DNA of 64,000 bases from Nageia nagi (lineage: Eukaryota > Plantae > Pinophyta): assembly GCA_050084985.1 (NCBI GenBank), contig JBITNC010000001.1, positions 54,312,001 to 54,376,000 on the forward strand, read 5' to 3'. The notes beneath the pieces are model-generated. The model was not told the origin of the DNA. It did no database searches and saw nothing but the letters and a program-made list of their open reading frames with translations. This document shows, in pieces, positions 27,001-37,749 of the stretch. Positions within the stretch are counted from its first letter, which is position 1, and each line of letters begins with the position of its first letter. The translations under genes were made by a program, and so were the position numbers.

Positions 27001-30000
27001 TCTGTTGATTTTACAGTGTGCCACAATTTGTCAACCTGTTTTGCCATTCGGTTTTGATTTTTGGCAATCTCTCTGCTGACCAATGTTAGTTGTGCAATGA
27101 AAATAAACCTATTTAAAATAGAAAAAAACTAATTTCTGCTATAGTCTAACTATGCTTATCTATTTAGATATTTACATACTGTTATAACATATAAGAAATT
27201 GGATCTCTATACAACTGAGAGGGAGGAGAACCTCACCAACCCATTGTTTTATCTGATACCATATTAGATTTTTGAATACTTCGATACTATTTCATTAACA
27301 AGTATAGGTATGTATACAAACATTCTACAACCAACTTGGTTGTCTTCACTCTCAGCTAACAACTCGCAAGATACTTATACAGGTAAACAACTACAACTAC
27401 CTCAAACATTAAATCCATGATGTGATACTATTCATAACAGATATACGAAAATTAAGATACAACTCAGATCTGCTGGGAAATCTTTTCAATTTCTTGAAAA
27501 AAATCAAAATGTATTTGATGTGAACTTTTTTTGGCATTTAATAAAATAAAATTCAAATTAAAAACATAAATGAATTGGAAAAAGAAAATTATATATTGGG
27601 AAGAAGTATAATTTCCATTGTTTACATACGACTATTTCAGGACATAGTAGCAAGATTCAAGGAGAGAAGACTGGAAAAAGGATCCATATTATGGTCAGAA
27701 TTTCCTAATAAGGTTGCAGTACAAATGAATGATACACATCCAACTCTATCTATTCCCGAGTTGATGCGAATCCTAATGGATGAAGAAGGCCTTGGGTGGG
27801 ATGAAGCATGGACTGTGACAACAAGGTATTTAAATTGTGATGTTCAAATTTGTATATCCATCTACTATCATTTTGAGTTAATCTTCTACTGTCATCGGCA
27901 AATTTTCTCCCCTTTGAGAAAGTTTTGCATGACTAGGTTGTTTAGTATTAAATTGGCTTGAATTTTTCCATGTTACAATAGTAATATTACTTATTATTTA
28001 AAATTTTATACCTTTCTCTATTCAGGACTATTGCTTATACCAATCACACAGTTCTTCCTGAAGCCTTGGAAAAATGGTCAAAAGCTCTTCTAACTAAACT
28101 GCTTCCCCGTCATATGGAAATAATAGCAGAAATCAACAAGCGGGTAAGTTTTTATTATTCCTTATTATGAAGATATCCAAATTCATCTATTTCATTTTTA
28201 TTTTGATGCTATTGAAAATGATTTTTTTTCCTTAAAATGTCAAGTTCTTATTCCTGATTGTTTTGAGATGTAGTTCCTAGAAATGATACACTCTGACTAT
28301 CCCAGTATGGAGAATAGACTCAGTAATATGTGCATCTTAGATGATTCAAATCCCAGAAGCCTGTTGTGCGCATGGCAAATTTGTGTGTAGTATCTTCACA
28401 TATGGTAAGAGCTCTTTCTTTAAAGCTAGTTGAGGAAATCATCTTTTAATTGTATGCAAGTTCTGTAGTCCCATGCATAGTCCTTTTGTTATTAATATGT
28501 GATGTTCATTCTGATATTTTCCTTACGTAATTTGGGAAGTTAATGTGTGACATTAGTTACTTATTTGAAAACTCAAAAGTTCAAACTCATTTCAATGTTG
28601 AAATTATTTTCGTAAACTCATTTGCTTTGGATAAAATTTGTTAAATTCTTCCAGAAAGAGTCTGATTTTAGTTCAGTGTCAAGTTCTTTGGAATTATAAA
28701 ATTTGAAGTTGAACCATCTCAATAAGTTAATGTTCTTCAATTACTTCATTAAGAAATACAATCGTCTTCAGGATACCTGTTTTCTTTGATTACTATAAGA
28801 TTATGGATGTTGTTGAAAAGATAATACAGAGCTCTTTCATGATTTCAAGGAAGAATTTGTGTTCAACACATTTTCTAAGTATATTTTGTCCTTTGCCTGA
28901 TATTTTCATACTTTGTATTGTGACTTCAGGTTAATGGTGTAGCTGTGCTGCATAGCAGTATTCTAAAGGATGAACTTTTTAAAGATTATTTCTCATTGTG
29001 GCCAGAGAGATTCCAGAACAAAACTAATGGTATTACTCCTCGTCGATGGCTGCGCTTTTGCAATCCTGAACTGAGTGCTATAATTACAAAATGGCTGAAG
29101 ACGGATCAGTGGGTCACTAACCTTGATCTTCTTAGTGGTCTACGCAAAGTAAGCATGATGTTTTGGAGTTGAGTTTCATGGTGGATATGAATTTTACTGT
29201 TATATATCGTGATTGGGTTGTTCATGTTATCAGTTTGCAGATAACAGGGACCTTCAAAGGGAGTGGGCATCAGCTAAGATAAGCAACAAAATCCGCTTGG
29301 CTCAGTACATTTTTCATGTAACAGGAGTGAAAGTTAACCCTAACAGTCTCTTTGATATTCAAATTAAGCGTATCCATGAGTATAAACGACAACTGCTAAA
29401 TATCTTGGGTGCCATATATCGATACAAAAAATTGAAGGTATTCTAGACCATAAACATCTTCTGATATTAACTGAATTGTAGTAAATAAAACACAAAATTG
29501 CTGGTTCGGTTGCAAGTGATTTACTGGTATTGTGCAGGCTGATTGATAATTGTAATTTTCATTCTTCAGATTTCTCCATTTAATCTTTTTCTTAATTTCC
29601 TATGAACAAAACATATTTTCTTGATTGGTGACATGAAAATTTAGATGATACATTCATTTGATTTGAAATGATTGCTAAGTGTTTTTGTTGTTTGTCAACC
29701 TATGCAGGAAATGAGCTCAGAGGAACGAAAGAAAGTTGTGCCACGGACAATCATGATTGGTGGGAAGGCATTTGCAACATATACTCAAGCTAAGAGGATT
29801 GTGAAACTTGTTAATGATGTAGGGGCAGTGGTGAACAATGACCCAGATATTGGTGATATTTTGAAGGTGCAGTATACTAATCATTCATTTAACATGTTTT
29901 AGTATGACAAAGACTTGGATATGTTATGCTTCAATCAATCTGTTATTAATCTTGTCGTAGTTGTATATATTTATTTTATTTTTTATGATAAAGGATATGG

Positions 30001-32050
30001 CTTCCCTCTTTTTCAGGTGGTATTTATCCCAAACTACAATGTGTCAGTTGCAGAAATTGTCATTCCGGGAAGTGAGCTATCTCAGCATATTAGCACAGCT
30101 GGAATGGAAGCAAGTGGAACCAGCAACATGAAGTTTGCATTGAATGGGTGTCTCATTATTGGTACACTAGATGGTGCAAATATAGAAATTAGAGAAGAGA
30201 TAGGACAAGATAATTTTTTCTTGTTTGGTGCTGAAGCACATGATGTGCCAAGGATACGAAGACAGAGAGAACAAGGCCAGGTAAGAAATTTGATCTAGAT
30301 GTACATTGTGCTTTGTAACTTTGTCATGATATATCCAAGAAAGGTTGATCTCTAAGGATTTGAGAATTGTGTAAATTCCATTTCTTTAATGGATTTTTTG
30401 TAGAACTCATCTAATATATTTAGTACTATCAGAAGTATAAACTTGTTATATGCCCATTTTGCAGAGGAACATTGACCTATAGTTGATTACTATGTGGTGA
30501 ATACTGAAGCTTATTGTTGGTGGTTTGTGGTTATGCAGTTTGTTCCAGATCCTCGTTTTGAGGAGGCAAAGAATTTTGTGAAAAGTCGCACTTTTGGTGA
30601 TTATGACTATACGCCTCTGCTTGACTCCCTAGAGGGGAACAGTGGTTATGGGCGTGGTGATTATTTCCTTGTAGGATATGACTTTCCTGGCTACATGGAA
30701 GCTCAATCAAAAGTTGATGAAGCATACACGTAAGTAACACTAAGAGCAAAGGTCTGCTTGATTTTGATGTTTGGCCACCTGGCATGCTCAACTTTCTTTT
30801 CTCAACCTAAATAAATGGGAGTACTGGGGTTAAGCTAATGACTTGCTTACATTATGTGCTGTTAATTTAAGTGTATCTATATATTATTTCTAACTGCAGT
30901 AGTAAGGTTCGTGTTCACTGGGTCTATAGGAATTAGGAACCCAATTAAGGACCATGCTGTTGTGTTTTCTTCTTTGATGTTCTAATACACATTTTTTCTC
31001 CCATTATTGAAGCATGCATTTGATGAAGGTGAATGAGGGTATATACATTTGTTAAATGTCTTATTTGCTAAATTGATGGGCTGTAAGTCAACCTAGTTAG
31101 CAATAAATAATTATTTTTGAATTTAATATCAAATTGACCCGGCCAAGAGGAATGATATCAAAAATTTCATGTTTTGGGTTTTGAACAAGTTTAGCAATAT
31201 CATTGTTAAAAAAGGCATGTTTGGATTTTCACATAGAATTGCTTGACTCACTATTGCCATTATTTGCTTGAGAGTGGATGCCACATTTCTTATATATCAA
31301 TAAGCTGTGCTGTTTCAATGATCTCTTCAATGGTGGTGTTGTAGATTCAATAGAGGTCCTTGTCCCAAATTGTCTCTTTAAACTTGCTTGCATTAGTTTG
31401 AAATGCATTGACGAAGTGCAGGTCTTGTTAGAGTTGTAACTTGATATATATACAGAGTTGTTTTTAAGTAACAGGGTTATTGTCCTGGAATATTCTTTTC
31501 ATGAGCCGCCTTTGCCCAAAGTTTTCAAATGGAAGGACAGATGGCATATGGATGCAAAGCTATTACAAATGGCAAGTAAATTATTGATATTTTCTTTGGT
31601 GTTTATGGTGTTGCTTGGTTGCTTGTGCTTCCTTAAAAGCTTTGGTTTTTGGCCATTGCTTCTTTTTGTGGGATCCAAGTTAGACCACACCAGTTAGAAA
31701 AAGAAACATTGAAATGATTTATGTGGTCAGCCAAGGTTGATACATGACAAAGTAAAACAGATTCATCACAGCGACAAATTATCTACAAATTAAATCACAT
31801 GCATTGCTTAACTTTTGAAGACAAGAATTCTGTTAGCTTTGAAATGTACTCTCTAGGATTGGTCCCGCCAAAACATTTCCATTTTCAGAGTATACTAACT
31901 CTTCATTTGGATGATGCATGCAGGGATACTGAAAAATGGATGAAAATGTCAATTCTGAGCACTGCTGGCTGTGGAAAATTTAGCAGTGATCGCACAATCT
32001 CTGAATATGCCAAAGCAATATGGAAGATACAGGAGTGCAGGGTGCCTTAA
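2849..32050 (+). CDS. PHS2: Cytosolic alpha-1,4-glucan phosphorylase, H isozyme; 14 coding exons, 5'-partial: join(2849-3028,5640-5816,5928-6013,18648-18837,20380-20471,27641-27825,28026-28143,28274-28404,28930-29148,29234-29437,29708-29866,30017-30280,30539-30729,31924-32050)
   Basis: GT35 motifs [88 protein letters not shown] (PLP lysine), FSSDRTI. All introns are GT-AG with compatible phases. No L78 insertion, so H-type. The exons sum to 2323 nt; restoring 2 missing nt gives 774 aa plus stop. Confidence 0.96.
3518..4926 (-). mobile_element. hAT DNA transposon deletion derivative with transposase C-terminal dimerisation remnant (~3840-4290); right end uncertain
   Basis: WWESFG...[34 protein letters not shown]; terminal CAAGGTTTGAAAATATGCCAACTGCC at 3518. 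Confidence 0.8.
5640..5816 (+). CDS. PHS2: PHS2 exon ([10 protein letters not shown]...EDWLE)
   Basis: cag|GAA, GAG|gt, 177 nt. Confidence 0.95.
5928..6013 (+). CDS. PHS2: PHS2 exon ([12 protein letters not shown]...PSG)
   Basis: Hand translation; aag|AAA acceptor, GT|gtaagt donor, phase 2. Confidence 0.9.
6490..8640 (+). mobile_element. Degenerate L1-clade LINE ORF2 (RT to RNase H-like)
   Basis: [51 protein letters not shown]. Confidence 0.85.
7742..8029. mobile_element. Putative AT-rich MITE interrupting the L1
   Basis: Imperfect inverted ends AAAATGCCGAGATGCATTCTCTA / TAGAGAATGATATCTCTCGGCGTTTT around an AT-rich core. Confidence 0.45.
9500..9975 (-). mobile_element. RTE-like LINE fragment
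   Basis: [18 protein letters not shown], the same motif as at 113-301. Confidence 0.7.
10030..13900 (-). mobile_element. Long degenerate RTE-like LINE (RT plus C-terminal Cys/His region); ends approximate
   Basis: [51 protein letters not shown]...C..C. Confidence 0.8.
13935..14045. repeat. 26-27 bp tandem repeat, 4 units
   Basis: AAG(C/T)AGGTATATTTGTTGGA(A/T)TTCAG units. Confidence 0.85.
16886..17622. mobile_element. Non-autonomous hAT MITE (737 bp)
   Basis: Perfect 8-bp TSD ACTAATAC (16878-16885 / 17623-17630); TIRs CATGGTATTTTTAAAACTTGC / GCAAGTTTTAAAACCTTTG. Confidence 0.88.
18648..18837 (+). CDS. PHS2: PHS2 exon (HKWVDGE...SKAQQ)
   Basis: cag|G, CAG|gt; [15 protein letters not shown] motifs. 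Confidence 0.95.
20380..20471 (+). CDS. PHS2: PHS2 exon ([11 protein letters not shown]...SASLQ) with apparent -1 frameshift at ~20401-20403
   Basis: 92 nt where 93 is required; CCT GG- GAT GCG ACA. Confidence 0.9.
22960..24620 (-). mobile_element. Degenerate L1-like LINE 3' portion, interrupted by a hAT MITE
   Basis: Minus-strand A-rich tail near 22960 and degenerate coding-like sequence; family assignment tentative. Confidence 0.45.
23504..23977. mobile_element. Non-autonomous hAT MITE (474 bp)
   Basis: Perfect 8-bp TSD GGCTAGAT (23496-23503 / 23978-23985); TIRs TATAGAATAAAAAACG / CGTTTTTTAATTCTGTG; internal AAAACGG-type subterminal repeats. Confidence 0.88.
24990..27439 (-). mobile_element. 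Small non-autonomous LTR retrotransposon (TRIM-like, 2.45 kb)
   Basis: LTRs 24990-25164 and 27262-27439; 5-bp TSD GATAT; PBS TGGTATCAGA (iMet) on minus at 27252-27261; PPT AAGGGGGA on minus at 25165-25172; no intact ORF. Confidence 0.9.
25320..25630. repeat. Degenerate ~35-45 bp tandem repeats inside the TRIM-like element
   Basis: Recurring GGGACAAACACATCC motif. Confidence 0.7.
27641..27825 (+). CDS. PHS2: PHS2 exon (DIVARFKE...WTVTT)
   Basis: [14 protein letters not shown]; cag|GAC, AG|gt. Confidence 0.95.
28026..28143 (+). CDS. PHS2: PHS2 exon ([17 protein letters not shown]...INKR)
   Basis: Hand translation; ttcag|G, CGG|gtaagt. Confidence 0.94.
28274..28404 (+). CDS. PHS2: PHS2 exon (FLEMIH...[19 protein letters not shown]) with apparent -1 frameshift at ~28352-28354
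   Basis: 131 nt where 132 is required; AAT CC- CAG AAG CCT. Confidence 0.88.
28930..29148 (+). CDS. PHS2: PHS2 exon (VNGVA...LRK)
   Basis: [11 protein letters not shown]; 219 nt. Confidence 0.95.
29234..29437 (+). CDS. PHS2: PHS2 exon (FADN...YKKLK)
   Basis: [12 protein letters not shown]; 204 nt. Confidence 0.95.
29708..29866 (+). CDS. PHS2: PHS2 exon (EMSS...DILK)
   Basis: IGGKAFATY; 159 nt. Confidence 0.95.
30017..30280 (+). CDS. PHS2: PHS2 exon ([10 protein letters not shown]...EQGQ), PLP-binding site
   Basis: [20 protein letters not shown]; 264 nt. Confidence 0.96.
30539..30729 (+). CDS. PHS2: PHS2 exon (FVPDPRFEE...DEAY)
   Basis: [11 protein letters not shown]; AC|gtaagt. Confidence 0.95.
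31924..32050 (+). CDS. PHS2: PHS2 last coding exon (DTEKW...ECRVP*)
   Basis: GKFSSDRTI; TAA at 32048-32050. Confidence 0.95.
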
Positions 32051-35000
32051 CTCGAGTCAGGATGAAATCCCAGTTAGTCAAAACGATCATGATTCTTCTG
32101 ACTGGACTTTAACAAGGATTTGAATATATTCTACAGTGAGAGAATGAATTCTCGTATGAAATGAAATATGAATTTTAAACAGACTAGTTGAAAAGAATGC
32201 AGCGGACTTTTTTTCTAGGTGTTCTCTATACAGTCTGATTTTATTGTTTTTGTTAGGTCTGTCAAAATAATGTGCCTTATCTATGCACCCTTTTATTGCT
32301 TTTCCTCTGCTCTCAGAGAAAGAAACAAAGGCATTGTATATTGCAGAACAATTGTTCCAGATGCATCCGAGTATAAGGTGATCATGTCACCAAACTGATT
32401 CGATTTACAACCTTTTGGATTCAGTTGTTCTATTGTGATACTTACAAGTATACGTTTTGGAAATACCTTAGTTCTTTCTTCATTATTAAGTTGATACATA
32501 TAGCTAAGTGAGCGATAGGCTTCTTACTAGTCTTGTAAAACATGTTCACTAAATGTCAAAATAATTTTATGCCAATCAATAACAGCTTTAGTTAGAAATA
32601 CACTTCCTTCTCTAACCCTGGACAAACACATTTGATTCCTCGTAATGTGCTTTTATTGCTCGCTCTTCGCGTGATTCTTGGCTGGCCTTAAGTGTCAATC
32701 ATTTCATTTAAAGATGAATGTATTCAGAAGCTACAACGCACCACTATTCTTTACTTGGTAAGAATTTAAAACTTGGCAAATCACCTCTTTCTCGAGCATG
32801 TGCATATTTCTGTCGGTTGCATGGTTTTTCCTAAGCATAAGCATTATTGTGTAATCACAAATCCATCTAACCATATGCCCCATATCCGTCACCTGTTGAA
32901 TAGGTTTGACCCCGTCTACTGTACTCTTGCACTTAATTTGCCTTATTCTTGGCTTTAATATCGATTTTTTGCTTGAACATATCTATTTAGCTTTTTAATC
33001 ATTTGTTTATTTTAATTTATTTTATTGTAAGGTGATCTAACAGTGAGAGAGTGAGGTGTGCACGGTAATCAAGGGGCTATTCGGAAGGAATTGAGGTGTG
33101 TGATGAGTGAGGGTTTGGAGAATGCATTTTTCATATGTCATGCAAGTTGGAACTTGCCCTTGTTCACTTGGTAGCAAGCCATAATGTTCCATGGTGAAAT
33201 GGTTCAATACTTACCCTGTTGTACTTGGTAGCTTACTTGCTCGAACAATTTTTTTTGTATGATTATAAAGGATGGTTGTAGAACCTTTTTTTTTATGAAG
33301 TCTATCCTTGCAATTGGAGTTGCACTTGAGGGTTCTCTTCAGTCAAATTCAGCTGGGAGTTGCACTTGGTCCTATCCATGTCAGCAAGCCTAACAACCTT
33401 CAACTAGATTTAAGATATGTCACCTACATGTGAAGGGAGAATTTGAACTTGGGTCTTTCTTTTTCATCATTTGAGAGTTTTGACATCTACTTGTTTTCCA
33501 AACTCTTATAATCTATGTTGATATGGTTGCAAACTTTTGCTACATTGCTACGTGATCAAAAGCATGCCAATAGATCTTGGATTTTGTCTTGAGGAGAAAG
33601 TTCTTTAATCCATCATGGTTTTTAATACAAATTGAGATCCACTCCAGCCAAATAGATACTATCAGTTTTAAATATGCATCAAGATAATTGTCTTGCTCAC
33701 GAATGGTGGTATTTGTTTATACATTCGTATGGTGCTTTGGGCTTCATCTAATTTATGGCTTATGTTGGGAATACTTATTCATTGCATGATTGTTATGTAG
33801 TTATCTATAATTGCTTTTACATCTATATGAGATGCATAATTTTTCAGTAAAAGGTAAAGTATATTAATGTCCATGGGAGGTCAATTGGTCTATGGAACGG
33901 ACAATTTTAGTAGACCATTACATAGCATGTATGTCTCATAGTGGGAATTGAACATGGGGTTCGTAGCAAGGTCAATGAATAGTGGGATGATGTTTTTTTT
34001 TGGACAATTAAGTATGAACAACATGTTCAATCTTAAAAGATACATATATAAAATATATTATTTTCAATCCTTTATCATGAACTTTTTATAAAACATAGTA
34101 TACTAATAAAATCTTGTTCATAATCATCGTAAACAATGGTTAGTAGAAATGAAAGCTTTGCACTAATACATGTCAAGGAATAATAACATTAATGGTGCTG
34201 GCTATCTAGCCTCCAGAATTTCCCCCCGTATTTTTGACAAATTTGACATGGTGCATTTTTCGAGTATGTCAGGAAATTTTTCGATTCAGGATTTAATCGA
34301 ACCACATTTATCAATTTTATGGTTGATCGCACTTCGTTTATCCTTTTCAAGTTAATCAAACATTTATTATAAAAAATGGTGGAAAAAAAATGATTATAAA
34401 AAATGGTGAAAAAAAACTAAGTGTTGGACCTAGTAGCTATGAAAATGGCTTTACAGGGATTTGAGCTTGCATGTATGGTAGAAAATTACATTGGTTTGAC
34501 CAACATAGCACCAGTTTCAACACAATACTTGTGACACGTCTATTTAAAATGGAAAAAGGAATCCCATTTCAATTAACCCCTGGAAAGGGGTTAAACAAAG
34601 TGGAATTAACCTTGCATCAGAAAAAATGTGGACCCTACCAAAGCTATAAACTTAACAGGATACGGAGGGGGAATTATGAAGGCTAGATAGCCAATGCCTA
34701 ACACTAATACATGTCAAGAAGTTATAAATTGTGAGATGAGATACTTTGTGGAGGTCCTAAAACAAAAAAATAACATAAATGATTGTCCTTACATGCAAAG
34801 CATGACGTAATAGTTGATGAGGAAAATAAATGTGAGATGAATTATTATCAAGTGGTTGGTGATAGCTATATAAATAATAAAAATGAGTGAATAATTTAAG
34901 AAAATATTATCTTACTTTAACATTAGGATATTTATCTATTAAAAGATAGATGTGGTTTTTTAATATTCTTTGAATTGATTTCATCATTCAAAATTTTTAA

Positions 35001-35319
35001 AAAATATTATCATGTTTCCTCGCTATTGCATTTGTGGAACTATTTTTGCTACATTAACAAACACATGTAAAGTAAACAAGGTGATTGTATAATGATGATG
35101 TCATTTAACGTTCTTCAATCCCAATGGTTTATAGAACCTATCAAAATTTGTCTAAAGTTAAATATATATAATTTATTTATTTAAATAATTGTTTGCAATA
35201 TAATTAAGGATCATAATAAAATTGTCAAGTTTATTTTTGTTATCTTAATTTAACAATTCATGACTCAAGTTACAGTTACAAATGTCATTATAGGTTTATC
35301 TAATGCTTTTGTAAAATGG

Positions 35320-35780
35320 GAAAATAAGGAGAGAATGAGTCTCATCCTCTATGGCATTTAGGTTACAAAACTTACAAATTCTTTTATCTTATGGTGTTTT
35401 AGGTACCATCCATTTACCCATTTGACTATAAAGTTTATGTGAGTTAGTTCTTAATTTTGTGATCATAAGTTTCTTTTTTAAAGTGATAATCTTATATGGG
35501 TAAGATAGGTGTTCAAATTTTGTGTTGATAATGTTTTTATAGAAGGTTAGTTTTCCTTTATTTTTTATATTATCATTGTTCCAAGAAATTTTAATTACTT
35601 TATTTGCAATTTTAATTATCATTATATGAAGAGGTTATATTATTATGTATACCCCAAGAATCAAGCTACTTATCAAAATCTTTTGACGAACCTCTTTTAA
35701 TATGTTAATGGGTTAGGCAAGTTTAATGCGTGACTACAAGTAGCCTATGAAGATCTAACTTTGTTAGTTTATAATCTTGA
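35320..35780 (-). mobile_element. LINE 3' fragment (RTE-like C-terminus)
   Basis: KLRTNSHKL...RICKFCNLNAIEDETH. Confidence 0.7.
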
Positions 35781-36329
35781 TTTTCTTGAAAGAATAAGAA
35801 TTTTAAAGTCTAAGCTTATAATTGAAATTTGAAGTAGTGGAGAATATTAATATCAATATCAATGGGTGACCAAAAAAATAATGGTCAATGAGATTGTAGA
35901 AAAATACATATAAGAAGAGTAGGGGAGCACCTAATACGAATCTAATATGTAATAAAGAAAAATATATTAGGGGGGGCAGGGTAGGAGAAGTAGGGGTCTT
36001 CAAAGAGTTAAATCCAATAGGTTTGATTGAAGTTGAGAAGAACACATTTGGGGAGTTAGGGGATCCCACAATATTCAATGTTAAAATGAAGCTCATGATG
36101 TTGCAACTAGAGGGAGCAACCCTAGTGGGTTTAGTAATATGTCAACGAGTAGTCTTTGTAGAGTCTTTAAGGATCATGTTACACTTCTAACTCATATATT
36201 CTCGTGATTGAAAAAAAGATGTGATAAGTTTGGAATTCATTATGTTGTGGGATCTACCAACGATTACTTTCCATTTGAGGCAAGTGGCTTCTTTGATATA
36301 AAATGTGACTCATTTATGATCTTTGTAAT

Positions 36330-37300
36330 TCATCTATTATTTCAAAGTACAAGCATCTCTAAATATGCAATGATATTAAACTCAAATTGCATAGTAGATG
36401 CGGCAAATGAATATGCAATGCTATTTAGTCTCTAGTTCTATGTTGCATAACTTACAAATATAGTGGTCTCTAGTGATATGGTGCTCTGTCTCAATATGAA
36501 GTTGGTACAATAAAAATATTAATTGACCAAGAGGGAATATGAGACCATGTGATATGTGTAGTTTGATGTAATTAGAGGTGGAAATAACATCATTATCGAA
36601 CTTCATGTAAACTTGAAGATAACATAAGTGTTTTGGTGGAAGTGATTTTTTAAATTCAATTTAAGTTATCTTCAAGTAAGTTGAGTATATTTCCTTCCTA
36701 ATCCTTTTGTTGATATCTTTAGTAGAAGGATTAGAGGTCTTTTTTGAAAGCAAAGAGGGAGTAATTCACTTGATATTTAGGCTTATGGATCATAAGAGAG
36801 AAGTGGCCTCAAAGTACCAACACCAATGAATGCCTTTACTTGCAAGTTGCATTAAGGATTTGAGAGCTAAGAGAGGGCATCTCTTTGATTTAGGAGCCAT
36901 TGATATCATATGATGGATTATTCAGGAGCTCAATAATGTGGGATATTGTAAGAGCTAATAGGGGATATGGATCAAATTTAATGAGAATGATATAATGAGG
37001 GATAATTCTTTTAGCTCGAATGGATCTTGAAATCATATTGACTAAAAGTCTCTCAATACAAGCCCAACTAGGGTGCCTTAAGCTATGTACCCAAACTTCA
37101 CATCCATAAAGAAAAGTTGGAGAGATAAATGCAAGGAAGATTTTAATTTTTTCGTGATATCTTGAAATTGGAGTTTAAAACAATATCTCTCAAGTGAGAT
37201 AAATGAAGTGTAGCCTTTAATTCAATTTATTTTGAGAACATGGGATCAAGATGAAAGTAGGACTTATGAAGAAAACACCTAAATAGGTGTATAAGATGAC
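36330..37300 (-). mobile_element. Highly decayed RTE-like LINE fragment
   Basis: PTFLYGCEVW at ~37100-37130; LHIETEHH...ICKLCN at ~36440-36510. Confidence 0.6.
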
Positions 37301-37749
37301 TAACTCATAAGACCAAAAAGGGATTTAAAGATGGGAAATTTGAGGCGATTATGAAGTAGCGATTTTAAATCACTTGCATTTGAGGTTTTAGTGGTACTTT
37401 TTATGGGGTGGTTTTATATCGTTCCATAAAATCAATAAGAGATAATTTAAAATTGCCCTAAAAAATGAAGAAAAAATATGTAAAGGTGTAGGCATAAAGA
37501 AATAAATGGATGATGTTGGTAGCTTTTAGAGGGTAGTTTTAACTTGAACCTAAAACTACAGGAGGTGGTTTTAAATCATCCCTCCATTTCAACTAATAAA
37601 AATAAAAAAATTCCCGCATGGGGAAGGTAGGCATTTTGTTTATAAATTTGAGTGAGGGGCTAGAAAAGAGGAGAGGAAAGGCGATATGATTAGAGGAACC
37701 TATGCAAGTAGGTGTTCTTCCATATTTTTCATTGTATGTCTATACCTTA

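Noticed and set aside
2849-32050. Plastidial PHS1, or an old pseudogene
   Set aside because: No L78 insertion; no in-frame stops and all splice sites intact apart from two single-base homopolymer indels.
33930-33975. tRNA B-box-like motif on the minus strand
   Set aside because: No cloverleaf or A-box evident; at most a decayed SINE.
37340-37600. Palindromic GGTTTTAAAT-type motifs suggesting a DNA transposon end
   Set aside because: No matching terminus or TSD identified.
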